Shown piece by piece: positions 12,101 to 24,314 of a DNA stretch of 64,000 nt. This stretch comes from the human T2T-CHM13v2.0 reference genome, Homo sapiens: NCBI RefSeq assembly GCF_009914755.1, contig NC_060930.1; one strand, 5' to 3'. The notes beneath the pieces are model-generated. The model saw only the letters and a list, made by a program, of their open reading frames with translations, ran no database searches and was not told where the DNA came from. How positions within the stretch are numbered: position 1 is the stretch's first letter; the number at the start of each line of letters is the position of its first letter. A program made the translations under genes and the position numbers.

Positions 12101-15100
12101 TAGTATTTCCAAGCGGATATTTAGAGCGCCTTGAAGCCTATGCTAGAAATGGAAATAGCTCCCCATAAAACCAAGACAGAAGCAATCTCAGAAACTAATG
12201 TGTGATGGCTGCATTCCACACACACGGTGGACCATTTCTCTTGATAGAGCAGTTTTGAAACACTCTTTCTGTAGAATCTGCAAGTGGATAATTGGACCTC
12301 CTAGAGGCCTTCGTTGGAAACGGGATTTCTTCATCTAAACCTACAGAGAAGAATTCTCAGTAACTTCTTCGGATGTGTGCATTCGACTCACAGAATGGAA
12401 CATTCCCTTTGATAGAGCAGTTTTGAGACACCGTTTTTGTAGAATTCCCAAGTGGATATTTAGAGCACTTTGAAGTCTCTGCTAGAAAAGGAAACATCTT
12501 CATGTAAAAAGTAGATAGAATCGTTCTCAGAAAGTGCTTAGTGACGTGTGCGTTCAACTCACAGAGTTTAACGTTTCTTTTGATAGAGCGTTTCTGAAAC
12601 ACCCTTCTTGTAGTAGCTGCAAGTGGATATTTGGACCTATTGGAGGCCTTCTTTGGAAACAGGATTTCTTCATGTAACTCTAGATTGAAGAATTCTCAGA
12701 AACTCCTTTGTGATGTGTGCATTCAATTCAAAGAGTGAAACCTCCCTTTTCACAGAGCAGTTTTGAAACACTGTTTTTGTAGGATTTCCAAGGGGATATT
12801 TATAGCGCATTGAGCCTACGGCGGAAAAAGAAACATCTTCCTATAAAAACTAGACAGAATACTTCTCAGAATCTGCTTTGCGATGTGTGCGTTCAACTCA
12901 CAGAGTAAAACTTTTCTTTTGATAGAGCAGTTTTGAAACACTCTTTTTGTAGTATTTGCATGTGTATATTTAGAGCGCATTGAAGCCCACAGTAGAAAAG
13001 GAAATAACTTCACCTAAAACCTAGACAGAAGCAATCTCAGAAACTACTTTGTGATGTGTACATTCAACTCACAGAGTGGAACTTTCCTCTTTATAGAGCA
13101 GTGTTGAAACACTCTTTTTGTAGAAACTGCAAGTGGATATTTGGACCTCTTTGAGGCCTTCGTTGGAAACGGGATTTCTTCCTGTAACCCTAGACAGAAG
13201 AATTTTCAGAAACCTCATTGTGATGTGTGCGTTCATCTCACAGAGTGGAGTCTTCCGTTTGATAGAGAAGTTTTGAAACCCTGTTCTTGTAGGATTTCCA
13301 AGTGGATATTTAGACCACTTTGAAGCCTATGATAGAAAAGGAAACATCTTCATGGAAAACATAGATAGAATCATCCTCAGAAACAACTTTGTGATGTGTG
13401 CGTTGAACTCACCGTCTTTAACCTTTCTTTTGGTAGAGAAGTTTTGAAACACTCTCTTTGTAAAGTCTACAAGTGGATATTTTGAGCCCTTGGAGGCATT
13501 CTTTGGAAAAGGGAATGTCTTCACATAAAAGGCAGACAGAAGTGTTCTCAGAAACTGCTTTGTGATGTCTGTGTTCAACTCACAGAGTTTAACATTTCCT
13601 TTGATAGAGCGGTTTAGTAACCCTCTCTTTGTAGAATTTGGAAGTGTATACTAAGAGCGCTTTGAGGCCTATGGTAGAAAAGGAAATATCTTTCCATAAA
13701 AGCTAGACAGAAGCAATCTCAGAAACTCCTTTGTGATGTCTGCATTCAACTCACCGAGTGGAACATTCCTCTTGAGAGAGCAGTTTGGAAACACTCTTTC
13801 TGTAGAATCAGCTTGTTTGTATTTGGACCTCCTTGAGGCCTTCGTTGGAAACGGGTTTTCATCTTATAAACCCAAACAGAAGAATTCTCAGAGTCTACTT
13901 TGTGATGTGTGCTTTCAACTCACCGAGATAAAGATTTCTCTTGATAGAGCAATTTGGAAACACTCTTTTTGTAGAATTTGCAAGGGTACATTGAGAGCGC
14001 TTTCAGGCCTATGGTAGAAAAGGGAATATCTTTCCATAAAAGGTAGACAGAAGCAATCTCAGAAACTACTTTGTGATGTGTGCATTCAACTCACCGAGTG
14101 CAACGTTCCTCTTGACCGAGCAGTTTGGAAACATTGTTTCTGTAGAATCTGCAAGTGGATATTTGGACCTCTTGGAGGCCTTCGTTGGAAACGGGATTTC
14201 TTCCTATAAACCCAGACAGAAGAATTCTCAGAGACTTCTTTGTGATGTGTGAATTCAACTCACAGTGTGGATCCTTCCTTTTGATAGAGCAGTTTTGAAA
14301 CCCTGTTTTTGTAGTATTTCCAAGCGGATATTTGGAACGCCTTGAAGCGTATGGTAGAAAAGGAAATATCTTCCCATAAAACCTAGACAGAACCAATCTC
14401 AGAAACGACTTTGTGATGTCTGCATTCAAGTCACAGAGTTGAACATTTCTCTTGATAGAGCAGTTTTGAAACCCTCTTTCTGAAGGATCTGCAAGTGGAT
14501 ATTTGGAACTCCTTTGGGTCTTCGTTGGAAACGGGATTTCTTCGTATAAATCTAGACAGAAGAATTCTCCGAAACTTCTTTGGTTGTGTGCATTCAAGTC
14601 ACAGAGTGGAACCTTCCTTTGGATAGAGCAGTTTGAAACGCTGTGGTTGTAGTATTTCCAAGCGGATATTAGAGCGCCTTGAGGCCTATGGTAGAAAAGG
14701 AAATATCTTCCCATAAAACCTAGACGGAAGCAATCTCAGAAACTACTGTGTGATGGCTGCATTCCACACACACGGTGGAACATTTCTCTTGATAGAGCAG
14801 TTTTGAAACACTCTTTCTGTAGAATCTGCAAGTGGATAATTGGACCGCCTTGAGGCCTTCGTTGGAAACGGGATTTCTTCATGTTACTCTAGATAGAAGA
14901 ATTCTCAAACACTGCTATGTGATGTTTGCATTCAAGTCACAGAGTGCAACATTCCTCTTGGTAGAGCAGTTGGGAAACACTCCTTTTGTAGAATCTGCAA
15001 TGGGATATTTGGACTTCTTTGAGGCCTTCATTGGAAACGGGATTTCTTCGTATGAATCTAGACAGAAGAATTCTCAGAAACTTCCTTGTGATGTGTGCAT

Positions 15101-18100
15101 TCAACTCAGTGAGTGGCACCTTCCTTTGGATACAGCAGTTTTGAAACACTGTTTTTGTAGTATTTCCAAGCGGATATTTAGAACGCCTTGAAGCCTATGC
15201 TAGAAATGGAAATAGCTCCCCATAAAACCAAGACAGAAGCAATCTCAGAAACTAATGTGTGATGGCTGCATTCCACACACACGGTGGACCATTTCTCTTG
15301 ATAGAGCAGTTTTGAAACACTCTTTCTGTAGAATCTGCAAGTGGATAATTGGACCTCCTAGAGGCCTTCGTTGGAAACGGGATTTCTTCATCTAAACCTA
15401 CAGAGAAGAATTCTCAGTAACTTCTTCGGATGTGTGCATTCGACTCACAGAATGGAACATTCCCTTTGATAGAGCAGTTTTGAGACACCGTTTTTGTAGA
15501 ATTCCCAAGTGGATATTTAGAGCACTTTGAAGTCTCTGCTAGAAAAGGAAACATCTTCATGTAAAAAGTAGATAGAATCGTTCTCAGAAAGTGCTTAGTG
15601 ACGTGTGCGTTCAACTCACAGAGTTTAACGTTTCTTTTGATAGAGCGTTTCTGAAACACCCTTCTTGTAGTAGCTGCAAGTGGATATTTGGACCTATTGG
15701 AGGCCTTCTTTGGAAATGGGATTTCTTCATGTAACTCTAGATTGAAGAATTCTCAGAAACTCCTTTGTGATGTGTGCATTCAATTCAAAGAGTGAAACCT
15801 CCCTTTTCACAGAGCAGTTTTGAAACACTGTTTTTGTAGGATTTCCAAGGGGATATTTATAGCGCATTGAGCCTACGGCGGAAAAAGAAACATCTTCCTA
15901 TAAAAACTAGACAGAATACTTCTCAGAATCTGCTTTGCGATGTGTGCGTTCAACTCACAGAGTAAAACTTTTCTTTTGATAGAGCAGTTTTGAAACACTC
16001 TTTTTGTAGTATTTGCATGTGTATATTTAGAGCGCATTGAAGCCCACAGTAGAAAAGGAAATAACTTCACCTAAAACCTAGACAGAAGCAATCTCAGAAA
16101 CTACTTTGTGATGTGTACATTCAACTCACAGAGTGGAACTTTCCTCTTTATAGAGCAGTGTTGAAACACTCTTTTTGTAGAAACTGCAAGTGGATATTTG
16201 GACCTCTTTGAGGCCTTCGTTGGAAACGGGATTTCTTCCTATAACCCTAGACAGAAGAATTTTCAGAAACCTCATTGTGATGTGTGCGTTCATCTCACAG
16301 AGTGGAGTCTTCCGTTTGATAGAGAAGTTTTGAAACCCTGTTCTTGTAGGATTTCCAAGTGGATATTTAGACCACTTTGAAGCCTATGATAGAAAAGGAA
16401 ACATCTTCATGGAAAACATAGATAGAATCATCCTCAGAAACAACTTTGTGATGTGTGCGTTGAACTCACCGTCTTTAACCTTTCTTTTGGTAGAGAAGTT
16501 TTGAAACACTCTCTTTGTAAAGTCTACAAGTGGATATTTTGAGCCCTTGGAGGCATTCTTTGGAAAAGGGAATGTCTTCACATAAAAGGCAGACAGAAGT
16601 GTTCTCAGAAACTGCTTTGTGATGTCTGTGTTCAACTCACAGAGTTTAACATTTCCTTTGATAGAGCGGTTTAGTAACCCTCTCTTTGTAGAATTTGGAA
16701 GTGTATACTAAGAGCGCTTTGAGGCCTATGGTAGAAAAGGAAATATCTTTACATAAAAGCTAGACAGAAGCAATCTCAGAAACTCCTTTGTGATGTCTGC
16801 ATTCAACTCACCGAGTGGAACATTCCTCTTGATAGAGCAGTTTGGAAACACTCTTTCTGTAGAATCAGCTTGTTTGTATTTGGACCTCCTTGAGGCCTTC
16901 GTTGGAAACGGGTTTTCATCTTATAAACCCAGACAGAAGAATTCTCAGAGTCTTCTTTGTGATGTGTGCTTTCAACTCACCGAGATAAAGATTTCTCTTG
17001 ATAGAGCAATTTGGAAACACTCTTTTTGTAGAATTTGCAAGGGTACATTGAGAGCGCTTTCAGGCCTATGGTAGAAAAGGGAATATCTTTCCATAAAAGG
17101 TAGACAGAAGCAATCTCAGAAACTACTTTGTGATGTGTGCATTCAACTCACCGAGTGCAACGTTCCTCTTGACAGAGCAGTTTGGAAACATTGTTTCTGT
17201 AGAATCTGCAAGTGGATATTTGGACCTCTTTGAGGCCTTCGTTGGAAACGGGATTTCTTCCTATAAACCCAGACAGAAGAATTCTCAGAGACTTCTTTGT
17301 GATGTGTGAATTCAACTCACAGTGTGGATCCTTCCTTTTGATAGAGCAGTTTTGAAACCCTGTTTTTGTAGTATTTCCAAGCGGATATTTGGAACGCCTT
17401 GAAGCGTATGGTAGAAAAGGAAATATCTTCCCATAAAACCTAGACAGAACCAATCTCAGAAACGACTTTGTGATGTCTGCATTCAAGTCACAGAGTTGAA
17501 CATTTCTCTTGATAGAGCAGTTTTGAAACCCTCTTTCTGAAGGATCTGCAAGTGGATATTTGGAACTCCTTTGGGTCTTCGTTGGAAACGGGATTTCTTC
17601 GTATAAATCTAGACAGAAGAATTCTCCGAAACTTCTTTGGTTGTGTGCATTCAAGTCACAGAGTGGAACCTTCCTTTGGATAGAGCAGTTTGAAACGCTG
17701 TGGTTGTAGTATTTCCAAGCGGATATTAGAGCGCCTTGAGGCCTATGGTAGAAAAGGAAATATCTTCCCATAAAACCTAGACGGAAGCAATCTCAGAAAC
17801 TACTGTGTGATGGCTGCATTCCACACACACGGTGGAACATTTCTCTTGATAGAGCAGTTTTGAAACACTCTTTCTGTAGAATCTGCAAGTGGATAATTGG
17901 ACCGCCTTGAGGCCTTCGTTGGAAACGGGATTTCTTCATGTTACTCTAGATAGAAGAATTCTCAAACACTGCTATGTGATGTTTGCATTCAAGTCACAGA
18001 GTGCAACATTCCTCTTGGTAGAGCAGTTGGGAAACACTCCTTTTGTAGAATCTGCAATGGGATATTTGGACTTCTTTGAGGCCTTCGTTGGAAACGGGAT

Positions 18101-21100
18101 TTCTTCGTAGGAATCTAGACAGAAGAATTCTCAGAAACTTCCTTGTGATGTGTGCATTCAACTCAGCGAGTGGCACCTTCCTTTGGATACAGCAGTTTTG
18201 AAACACTGTTTTTGTAGTATTTCCAAGCGGATATTTAGAGCGCCTTGAAGCCTATGCTAGAAATGGAAATAGCTCCCCATAAAACCAAGACAGAAGCAAT
18301 CTCAGAAACTAATGTGTGATGGCTGCATTCCACACACACGGTGGACCATTTCTCTTGATAGAGCAGTTTTGAAACACTCTTTCTGTAGAATCTGCAAGTG
18401 GATAATTGGACCTCCTAGAGGCCTTCGTTGGAAACGGGATTTCTTCATCTAAACCTACAGAGAAGAATTCTCAGTAACTTCTTCGGATGTGTGCATTCGA
18501 CTCACAGAATGGAACATTCCCTTTGATAGAGCAGTTTTGAGACACCGTTTTTGTAGAATTCCCAAGTGGATATTTAGAGCACTTTGAAGTCTCTGCTAGA
18601 AAAGGAAACATCTTCATGTAAAAAGTAGATAGAATCGTTCTCAGAAAGTGCTTAGTGACGTGTGCGTTCAACTCACAGAGTTTAACGTTTCTTTTGATAG
18701 AGCGTTTCTGAAACACCCTTCTTGTAGTAGCTGCAAGTGGATATTTGGACCTATTGGAGGCCTTCTTTGGAAACGGGATTTCTTCATGTAACTCTAGATT
18801 GAAGAATTCTCAGAAACTCCTTTGTGATGTGTGCATTCAATTCAAAGAGTGAAACCTCCCTTTTCACAGAGCAGTTTTGAAACACTGTTTTTGTAGGATT
18901 TCCAAGGGGATATTTATAGCGCATTGAGCCTACGGCGGAAAAAGAAACATCTTCCTATAAAAACTAGACAGAATACTTCTCAGAATCTGCTTTGCGATGT
19001 GTGCGTTCAACTCACAGAGTAAAACTTTTCTTTTGATAGAGCAGTTTTGAAACACTCTTTTTGTAGTATTTGCATGTGTATATTTAGAGCGCATTGAAGC
19101 CCACAGTAGAAAAGGAAATAACTTCACCTAAAACCTAGACAGAAGCAATCTCAGAAACTACTTTGTGATGTGTACATTCAACTCACAGAGTGGAACTTTC
19201 CTCTTTATAGAGCAGTGTTGAAACACTCTTTTTGTAGAAACTGCAAGTGGATATTTGGACCTCTTTGAGGCCTTCGTTGGAAACGGGATTTCTTCCTATA
19301 ACCCTAGACAGAAGAATTTTCAGAAACCTCATTGTGATGTGTGCGTTCATCTCACAGAGTGGAGTCTTCCGTTTGATAGAGAAGTTTTGAAACCCTGTTC
19401 TTGTAGGATTTCCAAGTGGATATTTAGACCACTTTGAAGCCTATGATAGAAAAGGAAACATCTTCATGGAAAACATAGATAGAATCATCCTCAGAAACAA
19501 CTTTGTGATGTGTGCGTTGAACTCACCGTCTTTAACCTTTCTTTTGGTAGAGAAGTTTTGAAACACTCTCTTTGTAAAGTCTACAAGTGGATATTTTGAG
19601 CCCTTGGAGGCATTCTTTGGAAAAGGGAATGTCTTCACATAAAAGGCAGACGGAAGTGTTCTCAGAAACTGCTTTGTGATGTCTGTGTTCAACTCACAGA
19701 GTTTAACATTTCCTTTGATAGAGCGGTTTAGTAACCCTCTCTTTGTAGAATTTGGAAGTGTATACTAAGAGCGCTTTGAGGCCTATGGTAGAAAAGGAAA
19801 TATCTTTCCATAAAAGCTAGACAGAAGCAATCTCAGAAACTCCTCTGTGATGTCTGCATTCAACTCACCGAGTGGAACATTCCTCTTGAGAGAGCAGTTT
19901 GGAAACACTCTTTCTGTAGAATCAGCTTGTTTGTATTTGGACCTCCTTGAGGCCTTCGTTGGAAACGGGTTTTCATCTTATAAACCCAGACAGAAGAATT
20001 CTCAGAGTCTTCTTTGTGATGTGTGCTTTCAACTCACCGAGATAAAGATTTCTCTTGATAGAGCAATTTGGAAACACTCTTTTTGTAGAATTTGCAAGGG
20101 TACATTGAGAGCGCTTTCAGGCCTATGGTAGAAAAGGGAATATCTTTCCATAAAAGGTAGACAGAAGCAATCTCAGAAACTACTTTGTGATGTGTGCATT
20201 CAACTCACCGAGTGCAACGTTCCTCTTGACCGAGCAGTTTGGAAACATTGTTTCTGTAGAATCTGCAAGTGGATATTTGGACCTCTTTGAGGCCTTCGTT
20301 GGAAACGGGATTTCTTCCTATAAACCCAGACAGAAGAATTCTCAGAGACTTCTTTGTGATGTGTGAATTCAACTCACAGTGTGGATCCTTCCTTTTGATA
20401 GAGCAGTTTTGAAACCCTGTTTTTGTAGTATTTCCAAGCGGATATTTGGAACGCCTTGAAGCGTATGGTAGAAAAGGAAATATCTTCCCATAAAACCTAG
20501 ACAGAACCAATCTCAGAAACGACTTTGTGATGTCTGCATTCAAGTCACAGAGTTGAACATTTCTCTTGATAGAGCAGTTTTGAAACCCTCTTTCTGAAGG
20601 ATCTGCAAGTGGATATTTGGAACTCCTTTGGGTCTTCGTTGGAAACGGGATTTCTTCGTATAAATCTAGACAGAAGAATTCTCCGAAACTTCTTTGGTTG
20701 TGTGCATTCAAGTCACAGAGTGGAACCTTCCTTTGGATAGAGCAGTTTGAAACGCCGTGGTTGTAGTATTTCCAAGCGGATATTAGAGCGCCTTGAGGCC
20801 TATGGTAGAAAAGGAAATATCTTCCCATAAAACCTAGACGGAAGCAATCTCAGAAACTACTGTGTGATGGCTGCATTCCACACACACGGTGGAACATTTC
20901 TCTTGATAGAGCAGTTTTGAAACACTCTTTCTGTAGAATCTGCAAGTGGATAATTGGACCGCCTTGAGGCCTTCGTTGGAAACGGGATTTCTTCATGTTA
21001 CTCTAGATAGAAGAATTCTCAAACACTGCTATGTGATGTTTGCATTCAAGTCACAGAGTGCAACATTCCTCTTGGTAGAGCAGTTGGGAAACACTCCTTT

Positions 21101-24100
21101 TGTAGAATCTGCAATGGGATATTTGGACTTCTTTGAGGCCTTCGTTGGAAACGGGATTTCTTCGTATGAATCTAGACAGAAGAATTCTCAGAAACTTCCT
21201 TGTGATGTGTGCATTCAACTCAGCGAGTGGCACCTTCCTTTGGATACAGCAGTTTTGAAACACTGTTTTTGTAGTATTTCCAAGCGGATATTTAGAGCGC
21301 CTTGAAGCCTATGCTAGAAATGGAAATATCTCCCCATAAAACCAAGACAGAAGCAATCTCAGAAACTAATGTGTGATGGCTGCATTCCACACACACGGTG
21401 GACCATTTCTCTTGATAGAGGAGTTTTGAAACACTCTTTCTGTAGAATCTGCAAGTGGATAATTGGACCTCCTAGAGGCCTTCGTTGGAAACGGGATTTC
21501 TTCATCTAAACCTACAGAGAAGAATTCTCAGTAACTTCTTCGGATGTGTGCATTCGACTCACAGAATGGAACATTCCCTTTGATAGAGCAGTTTTGAGAC
21601 ACCGTTTTTGTAGAATTCCCAAGTGGATATTTAGAGCACTTTGAAGTCTCTGCTAGAAAAGGAAACATCTTCATGTAAAAAGTAGATAGAATCGTTCTCA
21701 GAAAGTGCTTAGTGACGTGTGCGTTCAACTCACAGAGTTTAACGTTTCTTTTGATAGAGCGTTTCTGAAACACCCTTCTTGTAGTAGCTGCAAGTGGATA
21801 TTTGGACCTATTGGAGGCCTTCTTTGGAAACGGGATTTCTTCATGTAACTCTAGATTGAAGAATTCTCAGAAACTCCTTTGTGATGTGTGCATTCAATTC
21901 AAAGAGTGAAACCTCCCTTTTCACAGAGCAGTTTTGAAACACTGTTTTTGTAGGATTTCCAAGGGGATATTTATAGCGCATTGAGCCTACGGTGGAAAAA
22001 GAAACATCTTCCTATAAAAACTAGACAGAATACTTCTCAGAATCTGCTTTGCGATGTGTGCGTTCAACTCACAGAGTAAAACTTTTCTTTTGATAGAGCA
22101 GTTTTGAAACACTCTTTTTGTAGTATTTGCATGTGTATATTTAGAGCGCATTGAAGCCCACAGTAGAAAAGGAAATAACTTCACCTAAAACCTAGACAGA
22201 AGCAATCTCAGAAACTACTTTGTGATGTGTACATTCAACTCACAGAGTGGAACTTTCCTCTTTATAGAGCAGTGTTGAAACACTCTTTTTGTAGAAACTG
22301 CAAGTGGATATTTGGACCTCTTTGAGGCCTTCGTTGGAAACGGGATTTCTTCCTATAACCCTAGACAGAAGAATTTTCAGAAACCTCATTGTGATGTGTG
22401 CGTTCATCTCACAGAGTGGAGTCTTCCGTTTGATAGAGAAGTTTTGAAACCCTGTTCTTGTAGGATTTCCAAGTGGATATTTAGACCACTTTGAAGCCTA
22501 TGATAGAAAAGGAAACATCTTCATGGAAAACATAGATAGAATCATCCTCAGAAACAACTTTGTGATGTGTGCGTTGAACTCACCGTCTTTAACCTTTCTT
22601 TTGGTAGAGAAGTTTTGAAACACTCTCTTTGTAAAGTCTACAAGTGGATATTTTGAGCCCTTGGAGGCATTCTTTGGAAAAGGGAATGTCTTCACATAAA
22701 AGGCAGACGGAAGTGTTCTCAGAAACTGCTTTGTGATGTCTGTGTTCAACTCACAGAGTTTAACATTTCCTTTGATAGAGCGGTTTAGTAACCCTCTCTT
22801 TGTAGAATTTGGAAGTGTATACTAAGAGCGCTTTGAGGCCTATGGTAGAAAAGGAAATATCTTTCCATAAAAGCTAGACAGAAGCAATCTCAGAAACTCC
22901 TCTGTGATGTCTGCATTCAACTCACCGAGTGGAACATTCCTCTTGAGAGAGCAGTTTGGAAACACTCTTTCTGTAGAATCAGCTTGTTTGTATTTGGACC
23001 TCCTTGAGGCCTTCGTTGGAAACGGGTTTTCATCTTATAAACCCAGACAGAAGAATTCTCAGAGTCTTCTTTGTGATGTGTGCTTTCAACTCACCGAGAT
23101 AAAGATTTCTCTTGATAGAGCAATTTGGAAACACTCTTTTTGTAGAATTTGCAAGGGTACATTGAGAGCGCTTTCAGGCCTATGGTAGAAAAGGGAATAT
23201 CTTTCCATAAAAGGTAGACAGAAGCAATCTCAGAAACTACTTTGTGATGTGTGCATTCAACTCACCGAGTGCAACGTTCCTCTTGACCGAGCAGTTTGGA
23301 AACATTGTTTCTGTAGAATCTGCAAGTGGATATTTGGACCTCTTTGAGGCCTTCGTTGGAAACGGGATTTCTTCCTATAAACCCAGACAGAAGAATTCTC
23401 AGAGACTTCTTTGTGATGTGTGAATTCAACTCACAGTGTGGATCCTTCCTTTTGATAGAGCAGTTTTGAAACCCTGTTTTTGTAGTATTTCCAAGCGGAT
23501 ATTTGGAACGCCTTGAAGCGTATGGTAGAAAAGGAAATATCTTCCCATAAAACCTAGACAGAACCAATCTCAGAAACGACTTTGTGATGTCTGCATTCAA
23601 GTCACAGAGTTGAACATTTCTCTTGATAGAGCAGTTTTGAAACCCTCTTTCTGAAGGATCTGCAAGTGGATATTTGGAACTCCTTTGGGTCTTCGTTGGA
23701 AACGGGATTTCTTCGTATAAATCTAGACAGAAGAATTCTCCGAAACTTCTTTGGTTGTGTGCATTCAAGTCACAGAGTGGAACCTTCCTTTGGATAGAGC
23801 AGTTTGAAACGCCGTGGTTGTAGTATTTCCAAGCGGATATTAGAGCGCCTTGAGGCCTATGGTAGAAAAGGAAATATCTTCCCATAAAACCTAGACGGAA
23901 GCAATCTCAGAAACTACTGTGTGATGGCTGCATTCCACACACACGGTGGAACATTTCTCTTGATAGAGCAGTTTTGAAACACTCTTTCTGTAGAATCTGC
24001 AAGTGGATAATTGGACCGCCTTGAGGCCTTCGTTGGAAACGGGATTTCTTCATGTTACTCTAGATAGAAGAATTCTCAAACACTGCTATGTGATGTTTGC

Positions 24101-24314
24101 ATTCAAGTCACAGAGTGCAACATTCCTCTTGGTAGAGCAGTTGGGAAACACTCCTTTTGTAGAATCTGCAATGGGATATTTGGACTTCTTTGAGGCCTTC
24201 GTTGGAAACGGGATTTCTTCGTATGAATCTAGACAGAAGAATTCTCAGAAACTTCCTTGTGATGTGTGCATTCAACTCAGCGAGTGGCACCTTCCTTTGG
24301 ATACAGCAGTTTTG

